A DNA stretch of 64,000 nucleotides, taken from contig OZ076409.1 of assembly GCA_964187785.1 (NCBI GenBank), forward strand, positions 17,238,001-17,302,000, in the 5' to 3' direction. The translations under genes were made by a program, and so were the position numbers. Source of the DNA: Amphiscolops sp. MND2022 (lineage: Eukaryota). Of this stretch, positions 13,801 through 26,779 are shown in pieces. How positions within the stretch are numbered: the stretch's first letter is position 1; every line of letters starts with the position of its first letter. Under the pieces are notes generated by a model. That model was not told where the DNA came from. It searched no databases and saw nothing but the letters and a program-made list of their open reading frames with translations.

Positions 13801-16800
13801 TTTAGTCGGCGCTTTTCTTAAGAAAAGAGCCCGACTATTACAGTCACTCGTTTTTAGTCGGCGCTTTTCTTAAGAAAAGAGCCCGACTATTACAGTCACT
13901 CGTTTTTTTTCTTTTTTTTTATTTAAGACAGACTCGAAGCGACGAACGTTAAAATTAACGTTCAACTACTAAATACAGTACTACTAAAATACTGGCAGCG
14001 CATTTGAGATAGTGCAAAGGGTCCCCCCTTTCAGTAAGTCCATTTTTATCGTAAGATACAAAACAGGACGAGACTATAGGGTCCCCCCTTTGAGTTTTTT
14101 TCGGCACTATGCGACTTTTTTTGAAAGAAAAAAATTTTTCAAAAATTTCAATTTTTTTCCAAAAAAAATCTTTTGCGCTTTTTGAGCCTTAGATATGGCG
14201 CCGACTTTAGACGTTCCCGTCTTGTTTTTTTCTTTTTTTTTTAATTTAAGACAGACTCGAAGCGACGAACGTTAAAATTAACGTTCAACTACTAAATACA
14301 GTACTAAACTACTGGACCGCTAAAGGCAAACGGGGAGCGCATTCATTTACTTTTTAAACGTTACCTACAAACCCGGACGGGACTAAAGTTCCCCCCCTTT
14401 CGATTTTTTTCGGCACTGTGCGACTTTTTTTCGAAATTTTTTTAATGTCCCCAAAGGGTCCCCCCTTTGAGTTTTTTGTTATTTTGCTACAAAATGCGTG
14501 TTTATAAATCAAAAAGGGTCCCCCTTTTACATTTTTCGGCACTGTGCGACATTTTCTGAAAGAAAATTTTTTTTCGAAAATTTCAAGTTTTTTTCCAAAA
14601 AAAATGTTTTGCGCTTTTTGAGCCTTAGATATAGCGCCGACTTGAGACGTTCCCGTCTTGTTTTTATTTATATCTACGACGATGTATGATGTTGAGTACT
14701 GATTTTAATTTACCTTTTTTATCCCTTTTAGGTGAACAAGTTACAAGCAATCTTGAAACCCTTAATGTTGCGTCGACTCAAAGAGGACGTGGAACGCAGT
14801 ATTGCACCGAAAGAAGAAACTATCATTGAAGTTGAGCTCACAAACGTGCAAAAATCGTGGTATCGTGCTATAATAGAAAAGAACTTTTCACACATTGCCA
14901 AAAGCAGTTCTTCGGGAGTGAGAGCCCTCCCTAATCTAATGAACACTATGATGGAACTGAGAAAGTGTTGTAATCACCCTTTTCTGCTGAATGGAGTCGA
15001 GGAACAGATTCTTCAGGAGTTCGGAACGAGTGTTGAAGGAACCATTGACGCTCGATATTTAGATGCTCTCATTCAAAGTTGCGGCAAAATCGTATTGATT
15101 GACAAGTTGTTGCCCAAACTGAAGGAAGGCAACCACAGGGTCCTCATTTTCAGCCAAATGGTGAAGTGTCTGGACATCATTGAAGACTACATAAACCATA
15201 GAAACTATTCATACGAAAGAATCGATGGTGGGGTTCGAGGCTTGATGCGACAGGCAGCTATTGACAGATTCAGCAAACCTGGTTCCGATAAATTTATCTT
15301 CTTGCTATGCACAAAGGCGGGAGGCTTGGGCATTAACTTGACTGCAGCTGATACAGTCATCATATATGACTCAGACTGGAACCCCCAAAACGACCTGCAA
15401 GCCCAAGCTAGGTGTCACAGAATCGGACAGCGCAAGCATGTGCAAGTTTATCGCCTCATTACTCGGTAATTTCCTTTTATTTAGATATAGTTTTTCGTGG
15501 GCTAATTAAACACTTTGACCCAAACTCTCGTTTTTTGGGCGTCAAGTCTTGTACAGCTTTTGTTTAACTTTTTTAATTTCATCAGGAATACCTACGAGCG
15601 TGAAATGTTCGATCGAGCCAGTCAGAAATTGGGTCTGGACAAGGCTGTTCTGCAGTCGATGGCTGGCAGAGGCGGAGTGCCTGGATCCGAGACTCAGAAT
15701 GCCCAGAATAGTCAGCTGAGTAAGAAGGAAGTGGAGGACTTGCTTAAGAAGGGTGCCTATGGTGCTGTTATGGAAGACGACGATGCAGCTCAGAAGTTCT
15801 GCGAAGAAGACATTGATCTCATTCTCAAAAAACGAACACAGGCAAGTTGAAATACTCCCGTGCAGGACTACGGTTCTTAACCAAATATCGAAGTTGCATG
15901 TATGGTTTGTTCATCAAATTCCCTGGGGTATTTATTGCTTCAAATGAAACTTGAAATCCTGAAACTTGCTGTGGATATACTTCGCAAAGAAATGAACGTT
16001 GTTTATTTTTCAGGTCATCAAAATCGAATCCGAGGCTGCCGGTTCAACTTTCAGCAAAGCATCGTTCACCTCAAATGATGCTAACAATGATATCGATTTG
16101 AATGATCCAAACTTCTGGGAGAAATGGGCGAGAAAGGCCAACGTAGACTACGATGGAGCTTTGAAAGACGATCGCATTATTGATGTTCCACGTCTACGTC
16201 GGCAGACGCGCAGGTTAACTTAAAATCACACGAAAACCTCTGACCTCAATGAGTTTTTTCAGTCAACTTTTTCGGCGAGCAATATGTGATAACTATTTCA
16301 GAGTTATTAGGACAATACTTTAGGTCTATTGTATGGTATTTTTGCAATCTGTTCCTTCGTTGTGTGGATTAGTTTCTTGTACGATTAGTTATGAGTTGTC
16401 CCACAACTCCAGGAATCCTCGATACTTTGAGGTTTTAACGTTTCATTGTACAGGAGCACATTTCAGTCAAAATGTGTTTTCGGGTTGATCAGGTTTTTTA
16501 AATATCAATATCTGGCATTGTGAAAAGCTTATTTTCGTTTAACATCAACATCGAATTATCATGAGTTTTGCAATTTAGATTTGAGTACAGTCAAGTGAAC
16601 GAAGACATGTACGGCATTTCTGACAGTGACTCCGATGGCAGTGGGTCTGCGGACAGTGCGGGTGCCAAGGGCTCCTCTCAGAACGGGAATGGGTCGAAAC
16701 GCTCAAACAAGAAGAAAGGTGGAACCAATACTGACGACAACAGTTCAGACGGCGGCCAAGAATTTGTCAGATCTGATCTCTATCAGTGCGAAAAGGGTCT

Positions 16801-19800
16801 GCTTACTTACGGATGGGGCAATTGGGTGCGTATCATCGAAGAGTACAAATTTCGCCGTGACATGACAACCAAGTTGGTGGAAGACTTATGCAGATATATC
16901 CTTGCTTATGCCCTGCTGTGGTATCAAGGCGATGAAAAGATCCAAACTTTCATCCGTGAGTTGATAGCTCCTGAAAACGATGACATGGAGTGTCTCAAAT
17001 CCCACGCAGCCCAGTCCAGTGTTGCCCCCAGGGGACGTAAATCGTCTCGGAAACAAGACAGTAACAAGCCGGAAAAAGAAGAGAAAGAGATTGATGACAG
17101 TCATTGGTCAAGCACAGAGAACTTGGAAGCAATTCTTTGCGACAGTACTTTCAGGAAACACGTCAGATATCAATGCAACAAGGTGCTCATTCGTGTTCGA
17201 ACTCTGTTCTACATACACCACGAGGTGATTGAAGACTTGGCTGAAAAAGTTAATTCTGGTGCACACCACAAAGACATTCCACTCGATATCCCACACGTTG
17301 ATGTAATCAAACCGGCCGAATGGTGGGATGAAACTTGTGACAAGTGCTTGTTTCTTGGGGTGTTCAAGCATGGATACGACCAATTTGCTAGAATCAGAAA
17401 TGACCCCAATCTTTGCTTCCTTGAAATAGTTGGAGAAGCGTTCATTGGTGCTGAAGGCAACGAGGAAGATCTGGAAATTGAAGAGGGTGAAACTGCCAAC
17501 AACGCAAACGTTGAAGACGAAGATTCGAAGCCTAATAAAAGTAAAGACGAAACTGAGTGTGATAAACCGACATCAGTAGGAGCCGACGAAAAGAAACAGG
17601 ATGAAGAAGCAAAAGAAAAATGTAAAGAAGAATTGGGTGAAAGCGCCGACACCGAAGACACCTCACAAGATGAGGTCATCTCTCAGGAAAGTAAAGACTC
17701 TGCCGACATCAAAACGGAGACGGAGTCCGAGACTAATTCAAACGATGCTGAGAAGAACCTTTGGCCAGCAGCCTCAGCCATTAACAACCGACTGCGGAAA
17801 GTGATATCTGCATTACAAAAGTTATCTAAAAAGCAAAAGGCTATGATGGAGAAACGAAAAATGCGGATGGACAAAATGGCAGTTCTCAATCCAGTTCCTA
17901 AGCCTCAGGATATTCGTGAGAAATGGGCGAAACGGGAAGAAAATGACTTCTACAAAGTCATTTCTACTTTTGGGTTACAGTATGCTCCAAATGGGGACAT
18001 AGTTTGGAACAAATTCCGAATGTTGGCAAGTTTGCACCGAAAATCAGACATCGCTCTAAACCAGTATTACGAAGTGTTCAAGTCGATGTGCGAAAAGGTC
18101 TGTGGTGTGCGAATCATCGAAGAAAAGCCTCCCGAGGAACCTCCAAGCTTCAATCAGATGAATCCAATCACAGTTGAGCCTATCACAGAAGACCGTGCTA
18201 GGCGAACTTTGCATAGAATTGAACTGATGAAACGTATCAGATTTGATGCTTTGAATCATCCTGAGTTTGATAAGCGTATCCAGTTGTGTCAACCCGGTTT
18301 AGACATGCCTTCGTGGTGGATTGCCGGAGAGCATGACAAAGATCTCATGATTGGCGTTGCAAATCATGGTTTGGCCAGATCGGAGGTAAATCTTCTGCAA
18401 GATCCCCAGTTGTGTTTCTGTAAAGTGAAAGATCATATTATGAAAACGGTACAAGAGAATCATGATGAGAAGGTAGCTAGGTTTAAGAAGGAAAAGGAGA
18501 TCAGTCAGTCAGTTATCTTGAAAGACCCGCCTCTAGTGGAGCAAGGAGCCGAACAAGGTCCCGTAGGAACAGAAACAATCAATGAAGTTGCACCTGAAAA
18601 GCAGGAAGGCTCTCAAAAAATTAAAGTCGAAGGAGCGGACAATACAGACGCAACTGTTGATAAAGAGGTGGCTGATGGTAAAAGTGAAATGGGTGAAGAA
18701 GTTGAAACTGACAAAGTCGGAACAACACAAACAGTCGAAACAACGCCAGAAGTCGAAACCACTCTAAAATACGAAACAACTAAGCAAGACGAAACTATCG
18801 AAAAAGACGAAACTGCCCAAAAAGAAGAAACAATTAATAACGACGGAACCAGTAAAACAATGGAAACTAATAAGTGTGAGACTGAAACAAACCCAGTGAC
18901 TGTTGCCACTAAAGAAACTGTTGAAGACGTAAAGGAAACTATACAACCGCAGTTGGAGAAAATGGAACCCTCTGAGATAGTTAAAAGTGAAATCAAGATG
19001 GAAAGTGACATAATAAATCCAATGAAAACAGCTTCCCCGGCTCCAGTTAACATAACTGATATGCTTGGAATAGCCTATTTAGTGCAGTGGCCTAAAGACC
19101 GGGTGTTAGTTTCCAGACTTGAGAAGATATGTCATTGCATTGAGACTGGAAGTTGGCCTTGCTTCAAGTGGAATCAGCCTATAGTTGTGAATAACCAACC
19201 GATGTCGCAGCCTTTTGCTGATAAAGATGGCGTCATATGTCACCCCACAGCAAACGAAGACCCTGGTGAAATTGTTGCGGGAGCGTTGAGCAAACAACAA
19301 CAGCAGCAATTGCATAATATGAACCTCATTCATGACATGTTCGGTGCAGCTGTTAATCGTGGCCCCGGTCCCGAAGTGAACACAGTGGTTCCTCCTCAAA
19401 TTCCCACTAGCAAAGGAAAAGGAAGGGGCCGCGGATCGGCAAATTCAACACCTACTCATTTGCCTTCCAACCTTCGTCGTCAGAATAGCGCAACTCCTAC
19501 GGGAGGCAATTTGAAAGAAGAGGCCATTTCAAGGCTGCGAGACTTGTTTGAGAAGCAAAATGGATCGTTGGAAAATGAACTCAATCTCAGTAGTACTAGC
19601 AGCAGTGCTGGCGGCAGTGGAACAGGTATGGGTGCTGGTATAATGGACTTGTCCATGAAACCACCAATTTCAGGTGCAACTGCGGGTACAATAAGTGGCA
19701 AGTATACGAATAGTGAACGATCAACACCTGATTCCAGGGCTGACGATGCTGACATTTCTGACCAAGGTTCTGGAACTTTCGCTGGCAGTGATTCGACGGA

Positions 19801-21541
19801 GATGAAGAAACGGGCAATTGGAAGTGCGAAGCGGAAGCGTAAGCAAGCACATACGACTACAATTATTGATCCTTCGAAGCTAGACCTGGACAGTATTAAT
19901 GGTAACGAGCATGTAGCAGTGGTTGACAGAATCTCTGGTGTCAAGGTTGAAGGTAACGATGCACCAATGTTGAACAACATCATTGACTTCTTGTACAAGA
20001 ATCCAATGTTCGATATTGCTCCAGAATGGGAAGTTATCGTGAAAGCGCAGAAAAGTTATCCAGCCGATCTTTTGAAGAGGGTAGCAAATGTTTCTTCCAG
20101 CGGTGTTGGAAGTCCTGATTCAAAGAAACTCAAACAAAGTGGCAAACAACTGTACTCACCTGCAAGGTCGACTCAGTCGTCGACTCTCACTTCTGATTTG
20201 CTCTCACAAGCAGGAATAGCACCAAATCTCATGGGTGCATTGACCAGTAGCCCCAATCCTTTCGGAGTCGCGGGTTCGCTGGGAAATATCCCATCTTTGA
20301 CACCCGACCTGGCAACTTTAGGGTTGTTCAATCCTATGTTGTCTGCAGCTATGTTTCCTTCGCCTCTATCCGGTACCTCAAGCAACGATCAAAAGTCAGC
20401 ATCTTCTATTGCCGCAGCAGCTGCCCAAAGTGCAGCATTAAATTACCACTTAGCTAGTTTAGCGGCTGTTTCTTTGAATCCTTTGTTAGCTCAGTCACTC
20501 AATCCCTTTTCTGCGTCAATGCCGGGTCTGAATCCATTTGGGCTATCAAATCCCGGAACGGATGCAGCTTCTTTCAATCAGTTAGCCAGTCTTTCCGCGC
20601 TCCTTGGAGGTTCTATGCCACCAACAATGACCCCTGAGAGTCTTCTGGGATCTCTTACACCTCAGCCATCGAATACGCCTATTTCCTTGTCGGAAAGCAC
20701 TCGCGCTACGAGTGTTTCTTCTCCTACTAAGCAAAACAACAGTATGTCTCCCACTGCTAATACGAGTAGTAGACTCGATAGCTCGCCTGGATCCTCGGCA
20801 ATCAGCAGTACCAATGCAGCTTCGCCGCCTGTGTCAAAGCTAGTAACACCGCCATCTACACCCAGTAAACAGTCCAGCAGCAACACAGGTACACCTCAAA
20901 ACTCAATAGGAAACCAAAAGTCCCAAAGCAGAACTTCTTCACCTGCTGTGGCAGTAACTTCCACCCTTGGCGCAAGCAGTTCCATATCTGACGCTTCATC
21001 GTTTCCGGGCATCTCACAGTTATCTGCTAATGATTTGCTGACTGCAGCATCGTTGGGATCACTTCCGTTTATGTTGCCCAGTTCCATGCCCTTTCTCCCT
21101 CCAAACCTTTTACAATCATCTGCCTCTAGCTCATCAAATGCTTCAGTTCCTTTCCCAGGGTTGGATCTGGGAGCTGGACTGGAAGCAGCCCAACTGGCTG
21201 CCTTGGCCAGTCTTTGCGCCGGAAATTCAGCCCCGTCTGCGACCAGTGTGCCAACTTCTAGTTTAAACAACAGTACCAGTCCTTTATACCCGCACCCGGA
21301 CCTTTCCAGACTTGGCCAAGTTGATTCTCTGCTGAATGAGCAAACTCAGATTCTGGAAAGAATGCAACGCGAACTTTTGAGTCAACAGGCGTTGGAACTG
21401 GAAAAGAAAGAATCGGGGTCCAACAAAAACGTTAACCCCGTTGCTGCAGGTTTGGCAGAAGCTATTGCTGCAGCAGCTGCTGCGTCGTCCAGCAGTTCCA
21501 ACACAAAAGGAGAGGGTACATCAGCCGATAACAATTCTTGA
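4845..21541 (+). CDS. CHD7: CHD subfamily III (CHD6-9/kismet-like) chromodomain helicase, ~3606 aa; exons 4845-7833, 8233-8696, 11280-11513, 11817-12074, 12277-12999, 14732-15465, 15586-15841, 16014-16213, 16579-21541
   Basis: P/Q-rich N-terminus; tandem chromodomains ([32 protein letters not shown]); SNF2 ATPase ([23 protein letters not shown]); helicase C ([21 protein letters not shown]); BRK-like segment ([19 protein letters not shown]). All junction phases close. The symbol marks the subfamily; one-to-one orthology is not shown. Confidence 0.92.
8955..9185. repeat. ~80-bp tandem subrepeat (ttttgacgttatatccgaagtaaattgcgttttactag...gcggagg), also at ~37115-37255 and ~43815-43935
   Basis: Direct visual match among three loci. 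Confidence 0.6.
9430..9603. mobile_element. pogo/Tigger-type (Tc1/mariner) MITE
   Basis: 25-bp TIR CCGTAGAACTCGTTTATAATGAACA vs reverse complement CAGTAGAACTCGTCTATAATGAACA (23/25); TA on both flanks. Confidence 0.85.
13799..14662 (+). mobile_element. Family A non-autonomous element (Helentron/HINE-like), tandem composite copy
   Basis: 5' TTTAGTCGGCGC...CCGACTA hairpin (duplicated, 52-bp period), internal AAGGGTCCCCC repeats, 3' GCGCCGACT plus AGACG-ttcc-CGTCT hairpin at both 14209-14222 and ~14645-14658. Confidence 0.75.
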
Positions 21542-22774
21542 AGATCTCCCAGTTTTTCACGCAGCTTATTAACGGTGTTTGGACCAAAGCAGGATGCCTC
21601 CCTTTACGGCATTGATTATTGTGTCTATCCGGGTCAGGTTTCTGAAAAAATACTTATCGCTTCAATTCCTGTCTAACATGACTTTGTAAATTTAATCTTC
21701 ACGAAGCTATTGTACTGGAATTGGTGTTCATTATAATCACTAAATCCTTGATGTTGGCAACTCAGTATTTACGACGTCGGAAAACTTTTGAGGTATTTTC
21801 CCGTTTTTGGAAGAACTTCTCCAGTATGAATTTTCGGGGATTTAAATCGGAAGTAGTGGAATCGGAAAACAATAGGTTCTTGCACTGGTATACAGAAATC
21901 TCGATAGTACTAATGGCCGGCAACGGTTGAGAACTGAGTTAGCTTCGAAATGTTTCCGGAATCCGTTCCCATATTTCATTATCATGCAAGCTGTAATAGG
22001 TTGATTTTGTGTATTTAGTTTACAGTTGAAGTTCATTACACTCCTCACCTGAAAAGTTTGGCAGTATTTTTAATGTCTTGATTCTATCTTTTTCTTTTCT
22101 CTCATTTCTGTGCCACAACCATAGTTTGTTTTTGCCTTAGAAAACCTCATTTACTTATTGCTAATATTATATTGCCAATGGTTCTCATTCTCCATTTCTT
22201 GTGTTGATTCAACATTTTCCCGTTTTTATCGTTCGCACCCCAAACACCCCTCTCCCCCCCCACTTTATTAGGTTCACCCACTCACCCACACCAGACCGGA
22301 TTTTAGGGCAGCACCTGTGCATCTATAATTGTACTCATTGCTTTCTAGTGATGATTCATTATTACCTTTGTAATTATTATTAACCATTGATTGAGCAGTT
22401 CACATTTTAATGTTGATTTTTTGTATAACGTAGATTAGAATGGTCGTTTATATTGTTAATATAATGACTTTGTTAACGCGCTTGAGCGATTTGAAATGCT
22501 TCCAGCATACCATAATATCATTTGATTCAAATTATTCATTTTTATTCATTTATTTATATTTGACGTATTAGTGCAATTTCTGTGTTTAGTGCAATGCTTG
22601 GTCTTAGTATGGAAGTTGAGGCCTCGAAACTCCTTTCAATCGAATTTCCTTTGAAAAGTTCATTCAAAAAACATTCTAACAAATACAATAGAAATCAAAC
22701 CGTTCACTACTGATAATGAAAACATATTTCAGGTATTTCAATAGTTTTTTGTATGCCAATTTTGGTATACCTAT

Positions 22775-22977
22775 CAGGGTTTTGACTTCGCTATTTTTTC
22801 CGCTTATCGGTGGGTTTTGGAAAGGTTATGGAATTTTTCAAATATTACTTCGAAATCTTGATTCGAAATATTACTTGATTTTGAATTTGTACATTCTATT
22901 AGTTGCCGCTAATTTGAATCGCTTATGAAATCGCTGGAAAATTGCTGCGCGACTGCTTATTAGCGATGTCAAAACTG
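22775..22977. mobile_element. hAT-type MITE
   Basis: TIR cagggttttgacttcgcta / tagcgatgtcaaaactg; 8-bp TSD atacctat / atacctac. Confidence 0.8.
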
Positions 22978-23327
22978 ATACCTACTAAACTCAATCTTGC
23001 ATAGGATTAACGTGGCCTTGATTTTTAAATATGATTATTTGAAACAAATAAAGAGGCAAATTTAACTTAAATTTAACAATAATCGTCTAATAACTTTTTT
23101 ATTGTATTTCGAAAGTGTCAGACATCAGTTGAGAGAAACCAAAATAGTTTTTGACAATTGCGTCAATAAAGTTCGATGTTTTGCTGAGACTTGTTCTCAT
23201 ATAACTTACAGTTTTCAAGGTCTAAATCATGTTGTCCCTGTAACTCAAAGTTTGCAATGATTTCCCAGCCAATCAGTATTGGAGTGGGTATCCACCAGGT
23301 CCACGTCGTATATACAACCCGCTGTGA

Positions 23328-23655
23328 TTTTTTAGTCGGCGCTTCATGGAGTGAAACGCGACTATTATAGTGACTTTTTTCTATCCACACGAACTGACCA
23401 AAATAGTTCTTAAAAGTTCTACAAAATATTATTGCACCATTTGGCCTAGCGAACTGAACCAAAAAGGGTTTTCCTGTTTTTCCGCGTAACATACCATACC
23501 GGGCGAGACCAAAGGGTCCCCCTTTCATTTTTTTCGGCACTGCGAGACATTTTTTTGCTTTTTCGATTTCCAAGTACTGTAAATTGACTCGTGGAAGTCC
23601 TTTTGCTATTTATGAGCCTTGGATATGGCGCCAACTTGGGCCGGTCCCGGCTTGC
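23328..23655 (+). mobile_element. Family A HINE-like copy
   Basis: tttagtcggcgc start; ggcgccaacttgggccggtcccggcttg end. Confidence 0.75.
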
Positions 23656-24033
23656 TTACAGTCAATACCCCGTACCGTACACGATAATTTTTTTACACGA
23701 TACCGATGCACTATAGGAAAATATAGGAAGAACACGACACAAGATTTTCAGTGCACGAATCAATTTACTGCTATCGAAAGCACCTATAGATATTCTATTG
23801 AGATTGTAAGTTTCAAAGTTCAATCCAACAAGCTATTAATCCAAAATCCCTAAATAGTATATTGTTGGATTTTTAAAATCCCATAAGCTTAAATATATTG
23901 CTGGATTTTCATCACCCAAAAGGGGGATTTTGAATGGCTTTTTGGAGCCCTGAATGCTTACATGCATGAACTAGTTTCTAGATCAAAATATGCATTTTTT
24001 TCATAATGTGGCAAAAAGAGTGCAGAGTCTTCA

Positions 24034-25045
24034 TTTTTAGTTGGCGCTTCATGAAGTGAAAAGCGACTATTATAGTGACTTTTTTCAATCCACACGAACT
24101 GACCAAAATAGTTCAAAAGTTCTACAAAATATTATGGTGTCAAATTGAATCCCTTCGCCTAGCGAACTAAACCAAAAAGGTTTTTCCGCGTAACATACAG
24201 TACCGGGCGAGACTAAAGGGTCCGTCCCCCTTTCAGTTTTTTTCGGCATTGAAACTTTTTCTGAAAAAAATTTCCCCAAAGGGTCCCCTTCAATTTTTTT
24301 GATGTTTTGCCACAATAGATGTTAACAAGCCGGGAACGGCATAAGTCGGCGCCATATATAAGGCTCAAAAATAGCTAAAGGACATAAAAGTGTCAAAAAA
24401 CTCAAAGTATCAAACTCACAAAAAGAGTATCAAACTCACGAAAAACCCAAACGAACGAACTAGCTAAAACAGGGGATCCTTTTGCATTTTTTAACATCCA
24501 TTGTTGCAAAACATAAAAAAAATTGAAGGGTGAAAAAAAATTAGCGAAAAAAAATTCTGAAAAAAGTCTCACAATGCCAAAAAAAACTGAAAGGGAGACC
24601 CTTTGAGACATTTCAACATCCATTTTGTCGCAGAACATCAAAAAATTGAAGGGGGACCCTTTGGGGAAATTTTTTTTCCAAACAAAGTCTCACAATGCCG
24701 AAAAAATTTGAAAGGGAGGACCCTTTAGTCTCTCCTGGTATTGAATGTTACGCGGAAAAACATTTTAAAAATCCTTTTCGGTTCAGTTCGCTAAGCCAAA
24801 TGTTTCAATTTGGCACCGTAAAATTTCGTAGAACTTTTAAGAACTATTTTGGTCAGTTCGTGTGGATTGGAAAAAAAAAGAGTCGCTATAATAGTCGTGT
24901 TTCACTTCATGAAGCGCCGACTGAAAAATCCGAAAGGGTCCCCTGGCGCGCCAGTTCGTTTGGGTTTTTCGTGAGTTTGATACTCTTTTTGTGAGTTTGA
25001 TACTTCGAGTTTTTTGACACTTTCATGACACGTTCCCGGCTTGTT
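24034..25045. mobile_element. Family A + strand copy with an inverted family A copy (24324-24927) nested inside
   Basis: Host motif gatgtt|aaaaatccgaaaggg is split by a minus-strand copy starting aacaagccgggaacggc and ending gcgccgactgaaaa. Confidence 0.75.
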
Positions 25046-25189
25046 CTTATTTATCGACACTATGCCACTGTTTCGAACCTTCACAAAAAGTTTTTTGGAT
25101 GACTTTGTTTTTCGAATATTAAGCGAATGGTGTTTTTAAGGATGACATGTCCTGTCACGGAAACTGAAAGTGAAGAATGATCGGATCTA

Positions 25190-26779
25190 ATGGAAAGTAC
25201 GGGGAACGTCATTGAACAAGCAGCACTTCTTCAGCCGGAGACGGAGCACTCCGTACCTAAATTAGGGTCTTCCTCTGACGATGAACCCCTTCAGTTCGTT
25301 GAAGGCTGGGAGCTGGTTGATGTTCTCGGCGAAGGTGCTTACGGAGAAGTACGTCTGGCCAGACATAAGGTGCACGATGAGCATATAGCTGTAAAAATAG
25401 TGGCAATCAATGATAAAAACAAAGACCTCATTAGAAAGGAAATCGGAATATTAAAATTAGTAGAACACAATAATGTCATCAAGTATTACGGAGATCGTTC
25501 TGTAACCGGAAACAAACAGGTTTTCATATTTTTGGAATATGCTGAAAATGGCGAGCTATTCGACAGAATCGAACCTGACATCGGAATGACAAAACGAGAT
25601 GTTTTCCGCTTTTTCTCACAGCTTTTGGACGGTGTCGAGTATTTGCATGCTCAGGGGATAGTTCATCGAGACATTAAACCGGAAAATTTGTTGCTCGATC
25701 GTGAAGATGTGCTTAAAATATCCGATTTCGGGTTAGCAACTCTTTTTCGGTGCCGAGGCAAAGAGAGAAAGTTGACGACAGTTTGTGGGACTCCTTCTTA
25801 TTGCGCCCCTGAAGTTCTTAATGGAGGGTCATTTTATGCGGAACCCATTGATGTATGGTCTTGTGGTATAGTCCTTGTAGCCATGCTCGCCGGAGAGCTT
25901 CCCTGGGATGAGCCGAAAACAACATGTTCTGAGTTTATGGACTGGAAAAGGAAGTTTTTTCTCAATACACCTTGGTCCAAACTTGAAACTTTGTCACTAA
26001 GCTTATGTTTGAAAGTACTCAATCCGAGTGCTGTAGAGAGAGCTACCATTGCTTCCATCAGAAGCGATATTTGGTTTGTTAAGCAATCTGTTTCTTCGAG
26101 CTCCAAAAAACGACAGTTTTCGCCTAGCACGTCTCCTGGTGCAGCTTCTCCCAGCAGGCCTTACAAGATGGTATGTTCCAGAATTGAGAACTCGCCGTCT
26201 AGAGCTCTGCATGAATCGTCCATGATGAACAGTAGTAATTGCAGTTTGACAGCTTACAGTCAGCCACAGCCCTCCAGCCCTATCACTAAGACCCCGAGCA
26301 GAAGTGAAGACGGCAGTAAGAGCTCAAAAACAGCAGCTGGTGTGTCTTGCTTGAAAGATCTGCAGAATGTTTCTGTGATGAGTCAACCTGTTGACCTCAG
26401 GGCGCTTACAGTGACCCAGGCTGGGGTGGGGTCACAGAGGTTCAAGATGGTGAACCGAATGACCAGGTTCTACTCCAAAGTTACTCTATCCGAAACTTTG
26501 AACGTGATCCAACGTTATCTGGAGCATAATGGTGTGAGCTACAAAGTTGTTGATAAAGTCGTGACTGCAACCATGAAAGATTCAAGAGGACAGAATCTTG
26601 TCTGGAAGCTGACGCTCATCAATGTCAACAACATACTACTGGTGGATGTTCGGAGGTCGAAGGGCGATGGCATTGAGTTCAAAAAACAATATGTGAAGTT
26701 ACGCAACAAGCTCTCCGACATTGCATGTGATGGTTTTTCAGTATCAGCCGCAGCTGTTGCAAAAGTTGTTAATTGTTAA
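25190..26779 (+). CDS. CHEK1: Serine/threonine checkpoint kinase Chk1, single coding exon, 529 aa
   Basis: LGEGAYGEV, LEYAENGELFDRIEPDIGM, HRDIKPENLL, DFGLATLF, MLAGELPWDEP; SQ/TQ sites (YSQP, MSQP); C-terminal RMTRF and RRSKGDGIEFK (KA1-type domain). Confidence 0.95.
   Translation: MESTGNVIEQAALLQPETEHSVPKLGSSSDDEPLQFVEGWELVDVLGEGAYGEVRLARHKVHDEHIAVKIVAINDKNKDLIRKEIGILKLVEHNNVIKYYGDRSVTGNKQVFIFLEYAENGELFDRIEPDIGMTKRDVFRFFSQLLDGVEYLHAQGIVHRDIKPENLLLDREDVLKISDFGLATLFRCRGKERKLTTVCGTPSYCAPEVLNGGSFYAEPIDVWSCGIVLVAMLAGELPWDEPKTTCSEFMDWKRKFFLNTPWSKLETLSLSLCLKVLNPSAVERATIASIRSDIWFVKQSVSSSSKKRQFSPSTSPGAASPSRPYKMVCSRIENSPSRALHESSMMNSSNCSLTAYSQPQPSSPITKTPSRSEDGSKSSKTAAGVSCLKDLQNVSVMSQPVDLRALTVTQAGVGSQRFKMVNRMTRFYSKVTLSETLNVIQRYLEHNGVSYKVVDKVVTATMKDSRGQNLVWKLTLINVNNILLVDVRRSKGDGIEFKKQYVKLRNKLSDIACDGFSVSAAAVAKVVNC

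Noticed and set aside
17209..21270. Long minus-strand ORFs over CHD exons
   Set aside because: Antisense shadows of low-complexity coding sequence with no recognisable domains
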